A stretch of 64,000 nucleotides of DNA from a virus. Positions 10,178-19,936 of the stretch are shown one piece after another; the stretch's first letter is position 1, and the number at the start of each line of letters is the position of its first letter. The notes below the pieces were generated by a model. It did no database searches, had not been told where the DNA came from, and saw nothing but the letters and a program-made list of their open reading frames with translations. Position numbers and translations under genes: made by a program. Location of the stretch: positions 112,268 through 176,267 of the IMG/VR virus record IMGVR_UViG_3300028840_003497, one strand, 5' to 3'.

Positions 10178-10978
10178 TTACCTCAAAACCTCTGCCGCCG
10201 TTGTCGTCCGCATCCCTCTCCCTGTCATCTCCGTGATGAAATCATCCTGAAGGCTCTCGAACCCTGGGACCGGGCTCGTGCCATCAGTCAAGAGCACGAA
10301 CTTGGCAATGTAACTGTCATCCGAGAATCCGTTGGCGATGTCGAGAACAGTATTGGCCAGGCAATGTGAGCCAGCCTCTCCGGCGATCAACACCTCATCT
10401 GCATCCTCCAGAGTCTGGATCAGTCGAGTGTTCAACTGCGTGCTCGGGTCGCCTGGATCGGGCACCTCGGCCTTCACACCCGAGTAGTGCTCGGTCCAGA
10501 TATTTGATCCCTTGGACACGAAATCAATAATCGCCGGACTATCCTTAACCCAAAGATCCAGAGCTTCCCGGATCGGCTCGACGATGCAGGCCCCCGGAGT
10601 CCCGATCATGCAGTGTGGCGGCCAGATACAGAGAGGGTATCGCCCACTGAACTCCAACCCCTTCGCGTACTCGATCATCTTGCGAGTAAAGGATGGCCGC
10701 ACCGGCGTCCAATTGCCCTCCTCGATGTCCTTTGCTGTGATGATCGTAAAAGGATCCGGAGGGTTGCCGTCCTTGTCGCGCCACATCAATGGATGGGCAA
10801 CGTCGAGGAGGTGATGCTGGTCCAGTGTGACGTGGATATCCTCCAGCTTGCTCCCGAGCCGAACAATCATATCAGCCACTCGCTGCATGTCCGCGTCCGC
10901 GCCAGGCACGGACAAAGCCCCCGCCGGGTCTGCGAAGTCAAATTGAGGGTCTATCAATAATAAATGCACCTTCTTCAT
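10178..10978 (-). CDS. pncA: nicotinamidase / isochorismatase family cysteine hydrolase
   Basis: IDPQFDF, D.H..H, WPPHC..GT.G, SKG, GEAGSHC catalytic and metal motifs. Confidence 0.85.
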   Translation of the reverse strand: MKKVHLLLIDPQFDFADPAGALSVPGADADMQRVADMIVRLGSKLEDIHVTLDQHHLLDVAHPLMWRDKDGNPPDPFTIITAKDIEEGNWTPVRPSFTRKMIEYAKGLEFSGRYPLCIWPPHCMIGTPGACIVEPIREALDLWVKDSPAIIDFVSKGSNIWTEHYSGVKAEVPDPGDPSTQLNTRLIQTLEDADEVLIAGEAGSHCLANTVLDIANGFSDDSYIAKFVLLTDGTSPVPGFESLQDDFITEMTGRGMRTTTAAEVLR

Positions 10979-11120
10979 TTCATCACTCCTTTGCCGGACT
11001 GTCATCGTCCGGATCGTTATCGTTATCCGCCGTTTTCCCTACTGGTTCTTCTGGTCTGCCCATCTTGTCCTCCTTCTCGCCATCTCGGCAAGTATCATGC
11101 AGCCACTGCTGTATTACCTA

Positions 11121-11813
11121 CTAATCCGCGTTAGTCAACTTCTTTCTGGCAACAAAAACGAGCGTCTTCCCGTTGTTGAACTTGTCATACTGCACCTCTT
11201 CAAAATGCTCATGAAGCGTCAACATAAAACTCTGCGGAGGTATCCATTGGAATGTCGACTTGTGAGTATCAGCACCACACTTCTGCAGATGGACTATCTT
11301 GTCGCCAACCATCCACACTTCCTCAGAGTACCTGCGCCCATCTATCTGATACTCGTACCGGCTCGGAGCATCCCCTGGCCTCTGAATGAAGGTGTTAAAA
11401 ACGAACGATCCAGTGTCTTTCAGCCCCTTAGATATCCTCTCAACAGCATCCTCATTCCACCAGTAGTTCACCGCCTGCTGACAAATCGCCAAATCAAACT
11501 CGCCGGTCCCTAGAAAAAAATTGGTCTTACTGCAGCGCGTGAGATCGGAAACAACACACCGGTCAGGAGCGTTCTCCATTTTCTTGGCCCGGCTCATCAT
11601 TTTTCTTGAGATATCAACAGCAAGGACAAACTTTGCCCCTAGCTCTTTCGCTCGCACGCTCGCACGCAACCCTCCAGCACACAAATCCACCATTATCTTC
11701 CCACTTATTGGACCTGCAGCTAAAAGTAAATCGTCTACCGGCCTCTTGAGGAACCGAGCATACATTCGATCATACTCATCCCCACACATTTTAGAAAAAT
11801 CGTGTACTCCCAT
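11121..11813 (-). CDS. class I SAM-dependent methyltransferase
   Basis: VDLCAGG motif I, AVDIS..M, FDLAIC. Confidence 0.8.
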   Translation of the reverse strand: MGVHDFSKMCGDEYDRMYARFLKRPVDDLLLAAGPISGKIMVDLCAGGLRASVRAKELGAKFVLAVDISRKMMSRAKKMENAPDRCVVSDLTRCSKTNFFLGTGEFDLAICQQAVNYWWNEDAVERISKGLKDTGSFVFNTFIQRPGDAPSRYEYQIDGRRYSEEVWMVGDKIVHLQKCGADTHKSTFQWIPPQSFMLTLHEHFEEVQYDKFNNGKTLVFVARKKLTNAD

Positions 11814-11815
11814 GA

Positions 11816-13039
11816 TTACCTCACCACCAGAAATTCACCGTGCCCAGCAATCGTGAATCGAATTTGGCCATTTTCATTCCACTCGACCGGGAAATCCCTG
11901 TCAGTATCTCGCACCGTCCCAGGTTGAGCATATGGAAGAGTATGCATCGGCGTCATCCTCCTCTTGTCATGCTCATGCCAGTGTATCACGGCATTAGCTT
12001 CCGGGACCTTTTTAAAGATCCTGTCAATCAGCGGCGCATTGAGAGATGCCTTGTTGATTTTAATTCTTTTGCTCGTGTATTTGTTCTCAGGGACCACCAG
12101 CGTCCTATCTTTGTGATCAACTCGACAAACCACCGTCCAGTCTAGCAGTTGAGTCTTTCCCCTCGCTGAGATCACGAATCGCCCAGTATTATCAGCCACC
12201 CGTACCGCAACACATCCAAAGAATATACCACTCTCCTGCTTGCCGAGTTCCAAATCACATCGGTAACGCGCGACCTCCTCAATGAGCCGCTTGGCCGCAT
12301 CCCGCACCGGCTCCTCTTTCGGGAGTCCGGGATGGTCTTCATAACAGAACTCTCTCCTATCCGAAATTGACTTATAGTGCTCGTCCGTTGCCATGTCGAA
12401 AATAATCTGGGCAAGGTCCTCGACGAAGAACTCGCCTCCTTCCGGCGTAACTCCAAACCTCTTATGAAGGTCCGTCGCGTCGTTGGCAAAAACGAGATTC
12501 GCCTTGGACTCGCGCTGTGTCAGTTGCGCGGCCCGGATAAGAGAATCATGATCGACCCCGCTGAGCAGCTTGAACCCGATCAGTTTCGTCTTTGGAGCGT
12601 GCTTCCGAACCGTATTGATAACCCTCGGAGCGATCCGCATAAGGACCGGCACCGGATCTCCCTCCTCGTAATTGTGAGAAGGAAACTTGCCATCCTGTAG
12701 CGTCAGCTCCTGCCACCTTTTGTCCAGTATCAGATTCGCTACCGCCGCCCCCAAGACAACCGCATCGCACGATTTCGACAATAACTGGACTTTCTCCATG
12801 TAGTCGTCGAACCCGGAATGCTTCACCCATTCCACACCCTCTAATTGAGCATCATACCTTGGAAGATCGCTGGCGAGGTAATTAACCCGAGCACCCAGTT
12901 TGCTCAGAGAATGAGCAAGACTCAACATCCAACCGCCTTTGAATTTGTTTGTGATAAGCTTGACCGCGTCCAGTTTGGCCGCTACAGCTCCGCCTGTGAC
13001 CAAAATACGTGGCCTACTCATCGGATGCATCCTCATCAT
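11816..13039 (-). CDS. CoaB/DFP-like phosphopantothenate-cysteine ligase domain fused to a class II aldolase-like domain
   Basis: ILVTGG...LDAVKLITN, AAVAN, IGFKL, FAND; C-terminal ISARG...ASLNAP...AVIHWH...PYAQPGT. Confidence 0.7.
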   Translation of the reverse strand: MMRMHPMSRPRILVTGGAVAAKLDAVKLITNKFKGGWMLSLAHSLSKLGARVNYLASDLPRYDAQLEGVEWVKHSGFDDYMEKVQLLSKSCDAVVLGAAVANLILDKRWQELTLQDGKFPSHNYEEGDPVPVLMRIAPRVINTVRKHAPKTKLIGFKLLSGVDHDSLIRAAQLTQRESKANLVFANDATDLHKRFGVTPEGGEFFVEDLAQIIFDMATDEHYKSISDRREFCYEDHPGLPKEEPVRDAAKRLIEEVARYRCDLELGKQESGIFFGCVAVRVADNTGRFVISARGKTQLLDWTVVCRVDHKDRTLVVPENKYTSKRIKINKASLNAPLIDRIFKKVPEANAVIHWHEHDKRRMTPMHTLPYAQPGTVRDTDRDFPVEWNENGQIRFTIAGHGEFLVVR

Positions 13040-13604
13040 CGCTCAAAGCAGCATCCGGGTTCACATAGCCGTTCTCGTCGCGCTCAGCGACTCCTTCGCC
13101 GGGATCTCCACCACCGGACTGCGGAACATCGATCCAATACTTGATTTTTCGACCGACATGCTCCTTGTCCACGATTAAACGATTCCCAGGGCGATCCACA
13201 TAAAGATCCCGTAAACCGCTGGAAATAACCCTATGAACCTGCCAGTCGTGATACCCCTCGGTCTCGCTCGGAAACACCGACCGAAACCTCTCCACCATAT
13301 CCTCCGTCAGGGATCGGTTCGAATACCCAACATTCTCCATCTGCATGAACCGCAGAAGAGCATACCGACGGTCGGCCCTATCAAACATTTTCTTCGAACG
13401 CCTCACGTCGTTCCGTGGAGGAGAATGCTCCGTGGTATCTGGCACACCGTCAATACCAACCTCTGCCTCCATCTCCTCGATGTCCTTGATCCGACGATCT
13501 ATATCCTCGATCGCCACCACATGTTCGGATCTCTCCCGAAGAAGATCCTTCTTCTTTTTCTGAAAATACTCGCTCGCAATCATGGTCGCCTCCCCTCGTC
13601 GCAT
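13014..13604 (-). CDS. hypothetical protein
   Basis: 196-aa ORF with coiled-coil N-terminus. Confidence 0.6.
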   Translation of the reverse strand: MRRGEATMIASEYFQKKKKDLLRERSEHVVAIEDIDRRIKDIEEMEAEVGIDGVPDTTEHSPPRNDVRRSKKMFDRADRRYALLRFMQMENVGYSNRSLTEDMVERFRSVFPSETEGYHDWQVHRVISSGLRDLYVDRPGNRLIVDKEHVGRKIKYWIDVPQSGGGDPGEGVAERDENGYVNPDAALSDDEDASDE

Positions 13605-13627
13605 CCTGCGACGTATCTGGGAAGAAA

Positions 13628-13927
13628 CTAGCTTATCAGTCCAGCAGCCCTCATTACTGCCTCGCTGTCGTCGAATTCTAATTCCGACTTCTGCGCCAGT
13701 TCTTCATCTGTTTTAATCTCAATCTCTGTTTTGAGAACATTGTCCCACACCATCTTAGAAATATCCGCCTCCACTTTCTTGTGACAAGCGGGACAAAATC
13801 GCAATTGAATCCTCTTCTCTTCGTTGTCCGCGCTGTACACACTCACATTAATAGAAAGCATTTCATCACGCGGAACCCACTTTCTACATTCCCCTCGACA
13901 AAATCCGTACTTGGTATTTGTGCTCAC
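13628..13927 (-). CDS. small Cys-rich (zinc-binding?) protein
   Basis: CxxxC and CxxC pairs. Confidence 0.6.
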   Translation of the reverse strand: MSTNTKYGFCRGECRKWVPRDEMLSINVSVYSADNEEKRIQLRFCPACHKKVEADISKMVWDNVLKTEIEIKTDEELAQKSELEFDDSEAVMRAAGLIS

Positions 13928-14241
13928 TTTTGTTTCCTCTCCAGTGTCCGAGAAATATTTGCCAACTCCCTGGCGATCTTCTCCAATGCCTTAACCTCAC
14001 GCCGCCGCAACGCGCTCTGCCGCGCATCTTTATCCCTCTGGCAAATCATAGCCTCCGGAGCACCAAGTCTGTCACAAGCCTGCGCTTGCACATCTGGAAC
14101 TGAGCACTGATTCATTAATATTCCAACAATCATCGCCACGCCCAGAATAGTCCACACCACCTTGAGAGGAAATGGAAATCCCCGAGGCTCATCCTCCCAT
14201 GGTCTTACAAGCTTTTTAATCCGAGTTGATCGCATCCTCAC
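13924..14241 (-). CDS. membrane protein
   Basis: One TM helix then coiled coil. Confidence 0.55.
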   Translation of the reverse strand: MRMRSTRIKKLVRPWEDEPRGFPFPLKVVWTILGVAMIVGILMNQCSVPDVQAQACDRLGAPEAMICQRDKDARQSALRRREVKALEKIARELANISRTLERKQK

Positions 14242-14271
14242 CTCCTGGCATCTCGCCTGGCATCTACTAGA

Positions 14272-14301
14272 ACATTACGCCACGACGCTGCATTTGTCAA
14301 C
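14272..14301 (-). promoter_or_regulatory. sigma70-like promoter
   Basis: TTGACA-17 nt-TAATGT. Confidence 0.6.
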
Positions 14302-14311
14302 AAGATGCAAA

Positions 14312-14620
14312 CTACTTATAGAGCCCCAAAACGTCCTCAAACTTGATAACCACAAATTCATCATCATCAACAATAACGTTTGTTCCAGTAAACGTCCCCA
14401 CAACAACTGTGTCTTTGGCCTTGATTCCATCAACATCAGGTCCGACAGCTATAACCTTGGCCGTGTTCGGGGGCTTCTTGGCCGATCCAGGGATATACAG
14501 TCCGCCCGCCGTCTTCGTCTCCTCGGTGTCCACCTCATCCTTCAGAATCAGAACGTTGTCATGCAACGGCTGAAACGATGGCCCCTTGTTTTTGGAAACT
14601 TTCTTCTTCTTGTCAGTCAT
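14312..14620 (-). CDS. groES: co-chaperonin GroES
   Basis: PLHDNVLI, KTAGGLYIP, VIAVGP, DVLG. Confidence 0.9.
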   Translation of the reverse strand: MTDKKKKVSKNKGPSFQPLHDNVLILKDEVDTEETKTAGGLYIPGSAKKPPNTAKVIAVGPDVDGIKAKDTVVVGTFTGTNVIVDDDEFVVIKFEDVLGLYK

Positions 14621-14823
14621 CTGTTCTGCTCCTTCCATTCTTTGCACTTCATACCCAATTTCATAACGCGCCTACGGTCGTCAGGCGTCAACATCGACCT
14701 CACCGTCTGGCAACCTTTCTTCTTTCTAGCATCAGCCATAAACAACAAATCATCCACTGTCAGAGCCTTGTCTCCAAATTGCTCGGCCAAATCAAACGCT
14801 TCGAGCATTCCTATTCCACCCAT
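14617..14823 (-). CDS. hypothetical protein
   Basis: Overlap-coupled small ORF. Confidence 0.5.
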   Translation of the reverse strand: MGGIGMLEAFDLAEQFGDKALTVDDLLFMADARKKKGCQTVRSMLTPDDRRRVMKLGMKCKEWKEQNR

Positions 14824-15083
14824 TATTTCCCCCGGATAATCAACATCTGACCGGTCATCAAACGCTGATCCGTAATCACGGAGATGTTATTTTCATCATC
14901 CCAATCGTACGCAAACACAGCATCAGAAATGCCTTCGATAATAGGCGCTCCAGCCTTGATAGCTGTCCCGATTGCAATACTGATTTGCTTCTCACAATCC
15001 TCTCGCGACAACCCCTGAAACGGTTTAGCTGCATGCTCCGCCCACATTCGAACCATCTCTTCTGTTTCATTGCTCATTGGCAA
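14823..15083 (-). CDS. hypothetical protein
   Basis: Overlap-coupled small ORF. Confidence 0.55.
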   Translation of the reverse strand: MPMSNETEEMVRMWAEHAAKPFQGLSREDCEKQISIAIGTAIKAGAPIIEGISDAVFAYDWDDENNISVITDQRLMTGQMLIIRGK

Positions 15084-15292
15084 AAGAAACCTCCCTTCTT
15101 AAGAAGTTCCTCCTCGTCCGGATTGATCTCCACGACACATCTCGGAAACTCCCAAAACATCATCCCGGCAACAATCGGACCAAACAGATCCCCATCTTCC
15201 ATCCGCAACATAGGGAATGGTTCGACATCCAAAACTTCAAGCTCGACAATATGACCACAAAAATGCATCAATTTCATCACTGCTCCCGCCAT
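15074..15292 (-). CDS. hypothetical protein
   Basis: Small ORF in tight operon. Confidence 0.5.
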   Translation of the reverse strand: MAGAVMKLMHFCGHIVELEVLDVEPFPMLRMEDGDLFGPIVAGMMFWEFPRCVVEINPDEEELLKKGGFFCQ

Positions 15293-15340
15293 CTTCGGCG
15301 ATATCTAGAGTGAGAGTCTTACCACGTAGAATTGAATTTA

Positions 15341-15559
15341 TCAACCATTTTCGATGTAGCCCGGATTAATCCAACGCTCCACCGTTTCAAGTTCCTCTTT
15401 GTCCGCAACAAATTCAGTCACACCGGCATCATGCTTATCGGCAATCAGATCAGCTCGATCCCGCGTCGTAAAGATACCAAACACCGTCATCTCCGCAACT
15501 TCAATCTCACCAGTGCGAGTCTCCTCCTGCGAAGCCTTGCTAACTAGAAAAAGTTCCAT
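15341..15559 (-). CDS. hypothetical protein
   Basis: MELFLVSK start after GGAGG. Confidence 0.55.
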   Translation of the reverse strand: MELFLVSKASQEETRTGEIEVAEMTVFGIFTTRDRADLIADKHDAGVTEFVADKEELETVERWINPGYIENG

Positions 15560-15609
15560 CAATATCCTCCGTCTAAATCCTACAGCAGCCAAGCCGCGAA
15601 AGCAATATC

Positions 15610-16716
15610 CTACATTGACCTGACACATCGAACCTTCTTAGTAACCAAAAGATTATAGTTTAGACTAGTCAAACCAGTCTCGAAATCCATCATATTACTC
15701 GTGCCCCCATCCATCCAGTATGTCCCTGTATCCATGCCAAACAACTCTCCGCAATCACTCCCAGTACATGATCCACACTCATACTGACCACCAACCGGAA
15801 TATGTGTGCATTGTAATACACCCCACAAACGATGAAACAAGTGATACATCTCATTAGATTTAGGAACTCTCCACCCGGTAACACCACCCATATTCAAACC
15901 GGCACAATATGATTCTACCGCATTCCTATTCATCTCAATCGGAGAAGGAGGATCCTGCCAACACAAATCCGGCCAACTTTCTGGGTAGTCTTGATGATAC
16001 CCGTCTATCCTATCCATGAACCGTCCCCCCGCACAGTCTAGGTCGTCTCCCGTGCCGCCATCACTATCCGTGTCCGTGTCCGTATCGGCATCAGAGTCTG
16101 CGTCACCACCTCCAGAGATGTCGCAACAAAAGTCAGTACCAGGACAAATCTGCTCAGGATGTTCAATGCCTTGCGATACGCACCAAGCTTGACTCGGTCC
16201 ACAAAAGTACTCACAAGGAACGTCGGTGTCACTATCGGAATCGGAATCGGTATCCGCATCTGAATCAGAGTCGCTGTCGGAGTCACTATCGGTATCAACA
16301 TCTAGATCCATCCCTCCGTCTTCTTCACCCCCTGCGTCCTCACAACCCGCTTCCACGTCCGTCTCCCACTCCGTAGAAGTGTCCCCACCATCGGTATACC
16401 CTGTCTCAGTGTCTTCCTCCGTGTCGCTATCCGTGTCCGTGTCGGTATCGGTGTCTGCATCCAGATCACCATCCGAATCACTATCACTATCAGTATCGCC
16501 GTCAATATCAGTGTCGCCATCTCCATCTCCATCTCCATCAGAGTCCGTGTCACTATCCGTGTCGGAATCGGTATCCGCGTCGGTGTCTAGATCAACACCG
16601 GCATCCTCCATGCCGCTCTCGTTAGACTGCCAGACGCCTCCATCTCCAACGTCAAAACTGCCACCATCTCTGCCGCATGCCGAAATCAAAATCGCAATTA
16701 AAAACAACCGCCTCAT
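15610..16716 (-). CDS. lipoprotein with Asp-rich (DSDTD) linkers and a C-terminal DUF1566/Lcl-like domain
   Basis: Lipobox ISAC; long D-S/T/G dipeptide runs; LCWQ...YC..L...G..GWRVP...YW...VRCVR. Confidence 0.8.
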   Translation of the reverse strand: MRRLFLIAILISACGRDGGSFDVGDGGVWQSNESGMEDAGVDLDTDADTDSDTDSDTDSDGDGDGDGDTDIDGDTDSDSDSDGDLDADTDTDTDTDSDTEEDTETGYTDGGDTSTEWETDVEAGCEDAGGEEDGGMDLDVDTDSDSDSDSDSDADTDSDSDSDTDVPCEYFCGPSQAWCVSQGIEHPEQICPGTDFCCDISGGGDADSDADTDTDTDSDGGTGDDLDCAGGRFMDRIDGYHQDYPESWPDLCWQDPPSPIEMNRNAVESYCAGLNMGGVTGWRVPKSNEMYHLFHRLWGVLQCTHIPVGGQYECGSCTGSDCGELFGMDTGTYWMDGGTSNMMDFETGLTSLNYNLLVTKKVRCVRSM

Positions 16717-16804
16717 CGTCACCTCCTTGGACATGTTTGGAAAAATGTCCATCCTGTAACAATGATTAAGCTATTAAGTTAGTTTGTCAACTATCTTTAG
16801 AGAA

Positions 16805-17227
16805 TTAGCGAGCGGCTGCTGGCTTCTTACCACTGGAACGCCGTCGCTTCTTGCTTGCTGTCCGATTTTCATTCCTGGCCGGATTCATGGCATTTGGTCG
16901 GTTCTTTTTCTTAGGAGGAGCCATCCGCCACCCCTTCCTTCCGATCATCGTGTATCTGTATCTATTCCGCAGACGCTCCCACACGAATTTACCCTTGCTC
17001 TTCGCGTAATAGAGCTGCATATAAATGCGCTTTTCAACGTTGAAATATTTGTAAACCGGACCTGGAACCTGGGATCGTTTGCTCTTGCTCTCCTGCCAAA
17101 AACGGACAAAGAGCGTCATTGTCGGCTCATCGTACCCAATAGAATGAACATTCGAACTACTAAAATCCGAGTCCATCACTGGAAGGGTTTTCATTATAGC
17201 CTGCTTCTGTTCAATTAACTCACGCAT
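16805..17227 (-). CDS. KTSC domain protein with basic tail
   Basis: SSNVHSIGYD...L.VRF...VYKYFNV....Y..L..A.SKGKF. Confidence 0.85.
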   Translation of the reverse strand: MRELIEQKQAIMKTLPVMDSDFSSSNVHSIGYDEPTMTLFVRFWQESKSKRSQVPGPVYKYFNVEKRIYMQLYYAKSKGKFVWERLRNRYRYTMIGRKGWRMAPPKKKNRPNAMNPARNENRTASKKRRRSSGKKPAAAR

Positions 17228-17359
17228 TGCTCCGAAAATGATCCTATCAAAAGCAACCAATAATCACAAGAAAAAGAACCATTCAATACGTCTGCTTATA
17301 CTGGCCGAGGAGGGTCGGCCTAACCATACCCTCCTGGATGGGTGGGAATGTTGGGATTG

Positions 17360-17878
17360 CTATGCTGTCTCGATCTCTGGCTCCTCGTCCGCTACGACAC
17401 CGATCTCGATGTCCGCCGGTGTGGCCGCCTCGATCTCCGAGACGTTGCCCTTCCAGGTAACCTTGCCCTTGCTCGGGATACGTGGGAGGCTGTTTTTAAA
17501 CTCCGAAAAAATGGCTTTGATCTTGCCGTCGGGGTCGATCTCCTCGACCTTGGCCTTGCGAGCAGCCTTGGCCTCCTCTTTATCCTCGTCGCTCCCCGTC
17601 CAGTCGACGAGGTAGTCGCTGGCAACCTTCTCGATCAGCTTGGTAGCCGCGTCTCGCGTGATACCAGCGTGGTGGAGGACCATCGTCAGGAAGTCTGCAT
17701 TGAGGATCGAAGCAGTCGGCGCGATTTCATGGGCCTCGCCGATCTTCATCGTCCCTGTTATATGGACCGTGGTGTCGATCTCATACTCGCCCGGGTTCAA
17801 AGCCTCGCGTGCTTCTTTGGCGACCTTGCTTCTCCCGCTGACGAGCTTCGTGATTGCGATTGTTGTTGCGTTTTTCAT
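17360..17878 (-). CDS. hypothetical protein
   Basis: Strong GC3 codon bias, GGGAGG RBS, own promoter at 17960-17965. Confidence 0.75.
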   Translation of the reverse strand: MKNATTIAITKLVSGRSKVAKEAREALNPGEYEIDTTVHITGTMKIGEAHEIAPTASILNADFLTMVLHHAGITRDAATKLIEKVASDYLVDWTGSDEDKEEAKAARKAKVEEIDPDGKIKAIFSEFKNSLPRIPSKGKVTWKGNVSEIEAATPADIEIGVVADEEPEIETA

Positions 17879-18027
17879 CTTGTAACCTCCCGCCAGGATC
17901 TTCCTGGCCATCTTGGTTTCCCCTGCTAACATCTACATCATGCTCACTGCCGAGGCGTTTGTCAACCTAATAACCCGACAATTCGTCGACTCATTCCAGG
18001 TCTGAATAGACTTGAGTTTTCGGGTGT

Positions 18028-18642
18028 TTACAGGCGAATCATGGACACCATGCGGAATGATTTAGATTTCTTTCTCCTCTTCCACCATTTGATCGCAACC
18101 TTAGACGTGCCAGTGATGACACCACCACGCTTCACGACCTTCCCAGCGATGATCAAATGCTTCTCGGCAATACGCCGATCAGCCTTTCCTATTGAGTAGC
18201 TCTTGAGAATGTTAGCGAGGCTCTTCGGAGGCAGAAGCTTGCCGGTGAAAAAGAAGAACATCTCCATTGTCGCCCGGTACGCATCAGCCTCGTAGTAAGC
18301 CCGGCTCGCATCGCTCGTGAGATACTTCATCGGCTGACTCGGATCGCGGTCGGCCTGGACAACATGCTGACACTCGTGAACACACGTTGCGATCTGATTA
18401 ATCAGCTGCGCCTGGGATCCATCCCCGATCTCGAACGGAACGTATACGCATCTCCACCCGCCGACAATGACCGTCGTCGTGTAGCTTCTCAGAAAGTCAT
18501 CCTTGGTCTGAACACCCATCAGGTCGAGCGCCCACCCAATGGCCCTCATCTCCTGAGCATCGCCCTTCTGCACGATCTTAAAATCGTATTTCTTGGCCAT
18601 ATACTTCCAAAAAGACTCGACATCTTTTCCTGTCACTTTCAT
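18028..18642 (-). CDS. putative zinc metallopeptidase
   Basis: HECQH plus downstream EADAY. Confidence 0.6.
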   Translation of the reverse strand: MKVTGKDVESFWKYMAKKYDFKIVQKGDAQEMRAIGWALDLMGVQTKDDFLRSYTTTVIVGGWRCVYVPFEIGDGSQAQLINQIATCVHECQHVVQADRDPSQPMKYLTSDASRAYYEADAYRATMEMFFFFTGKLLPPKSLANILKSYSIGKADRRIAEKHLIIAGKVVKRGGVITGTSKVAIKWWKRRKKSKSFRMVSMIRL

Positions 18643-18950
18643 CAGTTACCTCCATCCCCGGCATCCGGATCGCCAGCACACTCATCCGCCGGGAGGCACG
18701 AGTGAAGTCCGTCATCTGGATCGACGCAACACGTCCATTCTATCCCAATACCAAAATCCTCGATCTCTCCGCAGTCTGCTTCTATTTCCCAGTCTGTTTC
18801 CGTGTTGCAAATCTCGACACTATCACCATTGCATCTGGTTGCATCTGATTCACATCCATCATGACACCCTGAGATCGTCACAACCAACACGAAAATGAGA
18901 CCAACCAAAACAAACACTTCTCTCATCACATTTTTCATTGCACAACCCAT
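18642..18950 (-). CDS. Cys-rich lipoprotein
   Basis: Signal peptide with ISGC lipobox; many Cys; DAG tail. Confidence 0.65.
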   Translation of the reverse strand: MGCAMKNVMREVFVLVGLIFVLVVTISGCHDGCESDATRCNGDSVEICNTETDWEIEADCGEIEDFGIGIEWTCCVDPDDGLHSCLPADECAGDPDAGDGGN

Positions 18951-18960
18951 TTCTACGAAC

Positions 18961-19596
18961 TCAAGTTCGCTTCTTTAATACCGACAAACCGCTCCTAGCC
19001 GGTGCAGCCTCTTCAATATAATCCCGAATGTCTTTTTCGTCCAGTTCGAGACCTGTCTGATCCCAGCCTGGACATTTATCTCTGGCAAATATCTCCACCC
19101 TCGGAATATCTCCAAACAGATCCACAATCCGATTCCGAACTTCTGGAGGTTTAGCCGAGTGCCGAATCATCGGAGACATGACAACCGAATGCACACTGGC
19201 CGACTTACGCTCCAGCTTACCCTTCAGTCCAAGCAAAACAAATTCACAATTACTACGCGAATAATGCCCCATCCCAGTAAACAAACCACCCGACTTGCTA
19301 TTAGTCTTCACCCAAACAAAAACAACCCCCTTGTAGTCAAACCCCCAGTTCTGCAGCAGACGAATACCGTTCAGCATAAACGGGCCTGTTACCCACAAAA
19401 AATGAGCGCAATTTTCAGCGGCCAGATCCCCCACGCGCAACAACATCAAATCTCTCATGCTCAATGTTGCATAGTGATGATCGGCTCCCCTCTTGCCACC
19501 TTTGTCCGAGTAAGACCAAGGGCAATCACTCAATATCACGTTGAACTTTCCCAACTCAGATCCACCCTTTCTTCTCGGCCCACGAGGAATAGACAA
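18961..19596 (-). CDS. MT-A70 family adenine methyltransferase
   Basis: ILSDCPWSY (DPPW variant), FLWVT, WGF.Y, GMG.YSRSN.E, HSAKP, RVEIFAR. Confidence 0.9.
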   Translation of the reverse strand: MSIPRGPRRKGGSELGKFNVILSDCPWSYSDKGGKRGADHHYATLSMRDLMLLRVGDLAAENCAHFLWVTGPFMLNGIRLLQNWGFDYKGVVFVWVKTNSKSGGLFTGMGHYSRSNCEFVLLGLKGKLERKSASVHSVVMSPMIRHSAKPPEVRNRIVDLFGDIPRVEIFARDKCPGWDQTGLELDEKDIRDYIEEAAPARSGLSVLKKRT

Positions 19597-19750
19597 TCAA
19601 AGTCCCATCATGTCCTTTACCGTAAACCTCGGAATCGTCATGGATCGCAAACTTCGGAACCCATTCTGGTTCGTCAAAATCTGGAGCCTCAACCAGGATA
19701 GCCTTACCACTGTCACGGATAACCTCCGCACTCTCAATCTCGTGTATCAT
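19556..19750 (-). CDS. small hypothetical phage protein
   Basis: KAILV...WVPK..I...W pattern. Confidence 0.55.
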   Translation of the reverse strand: MIHEIESAEVIRDSGKAILVEAPDFDEPEWVPKFAIHDDSEVYGKGHDGTLIVYSSWAEKKGWI

Positions 19751-19936
19751 TCGAATAACCCTCCGGCATTGATCATTTCTTAATCTTTCTCACCGCGAAT
19801 CGACTCGTCAACACACGGTACCTGTCCTCAAATTCAACGAGGATGCTGTTCATCTTCCCACGAGCAAGCACCCGACACTTCTGGCCCTTGCGATCTCCCA
19901 ACTTGGCCCTCCAGAACCATACATACGGATACTCCA

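Noticed and set aside
15610-16000. Diversity-generating retroelement target (DUF1566-like fold)
   Set aside because: No reverse transcriptase or template repeat was seen in the window.
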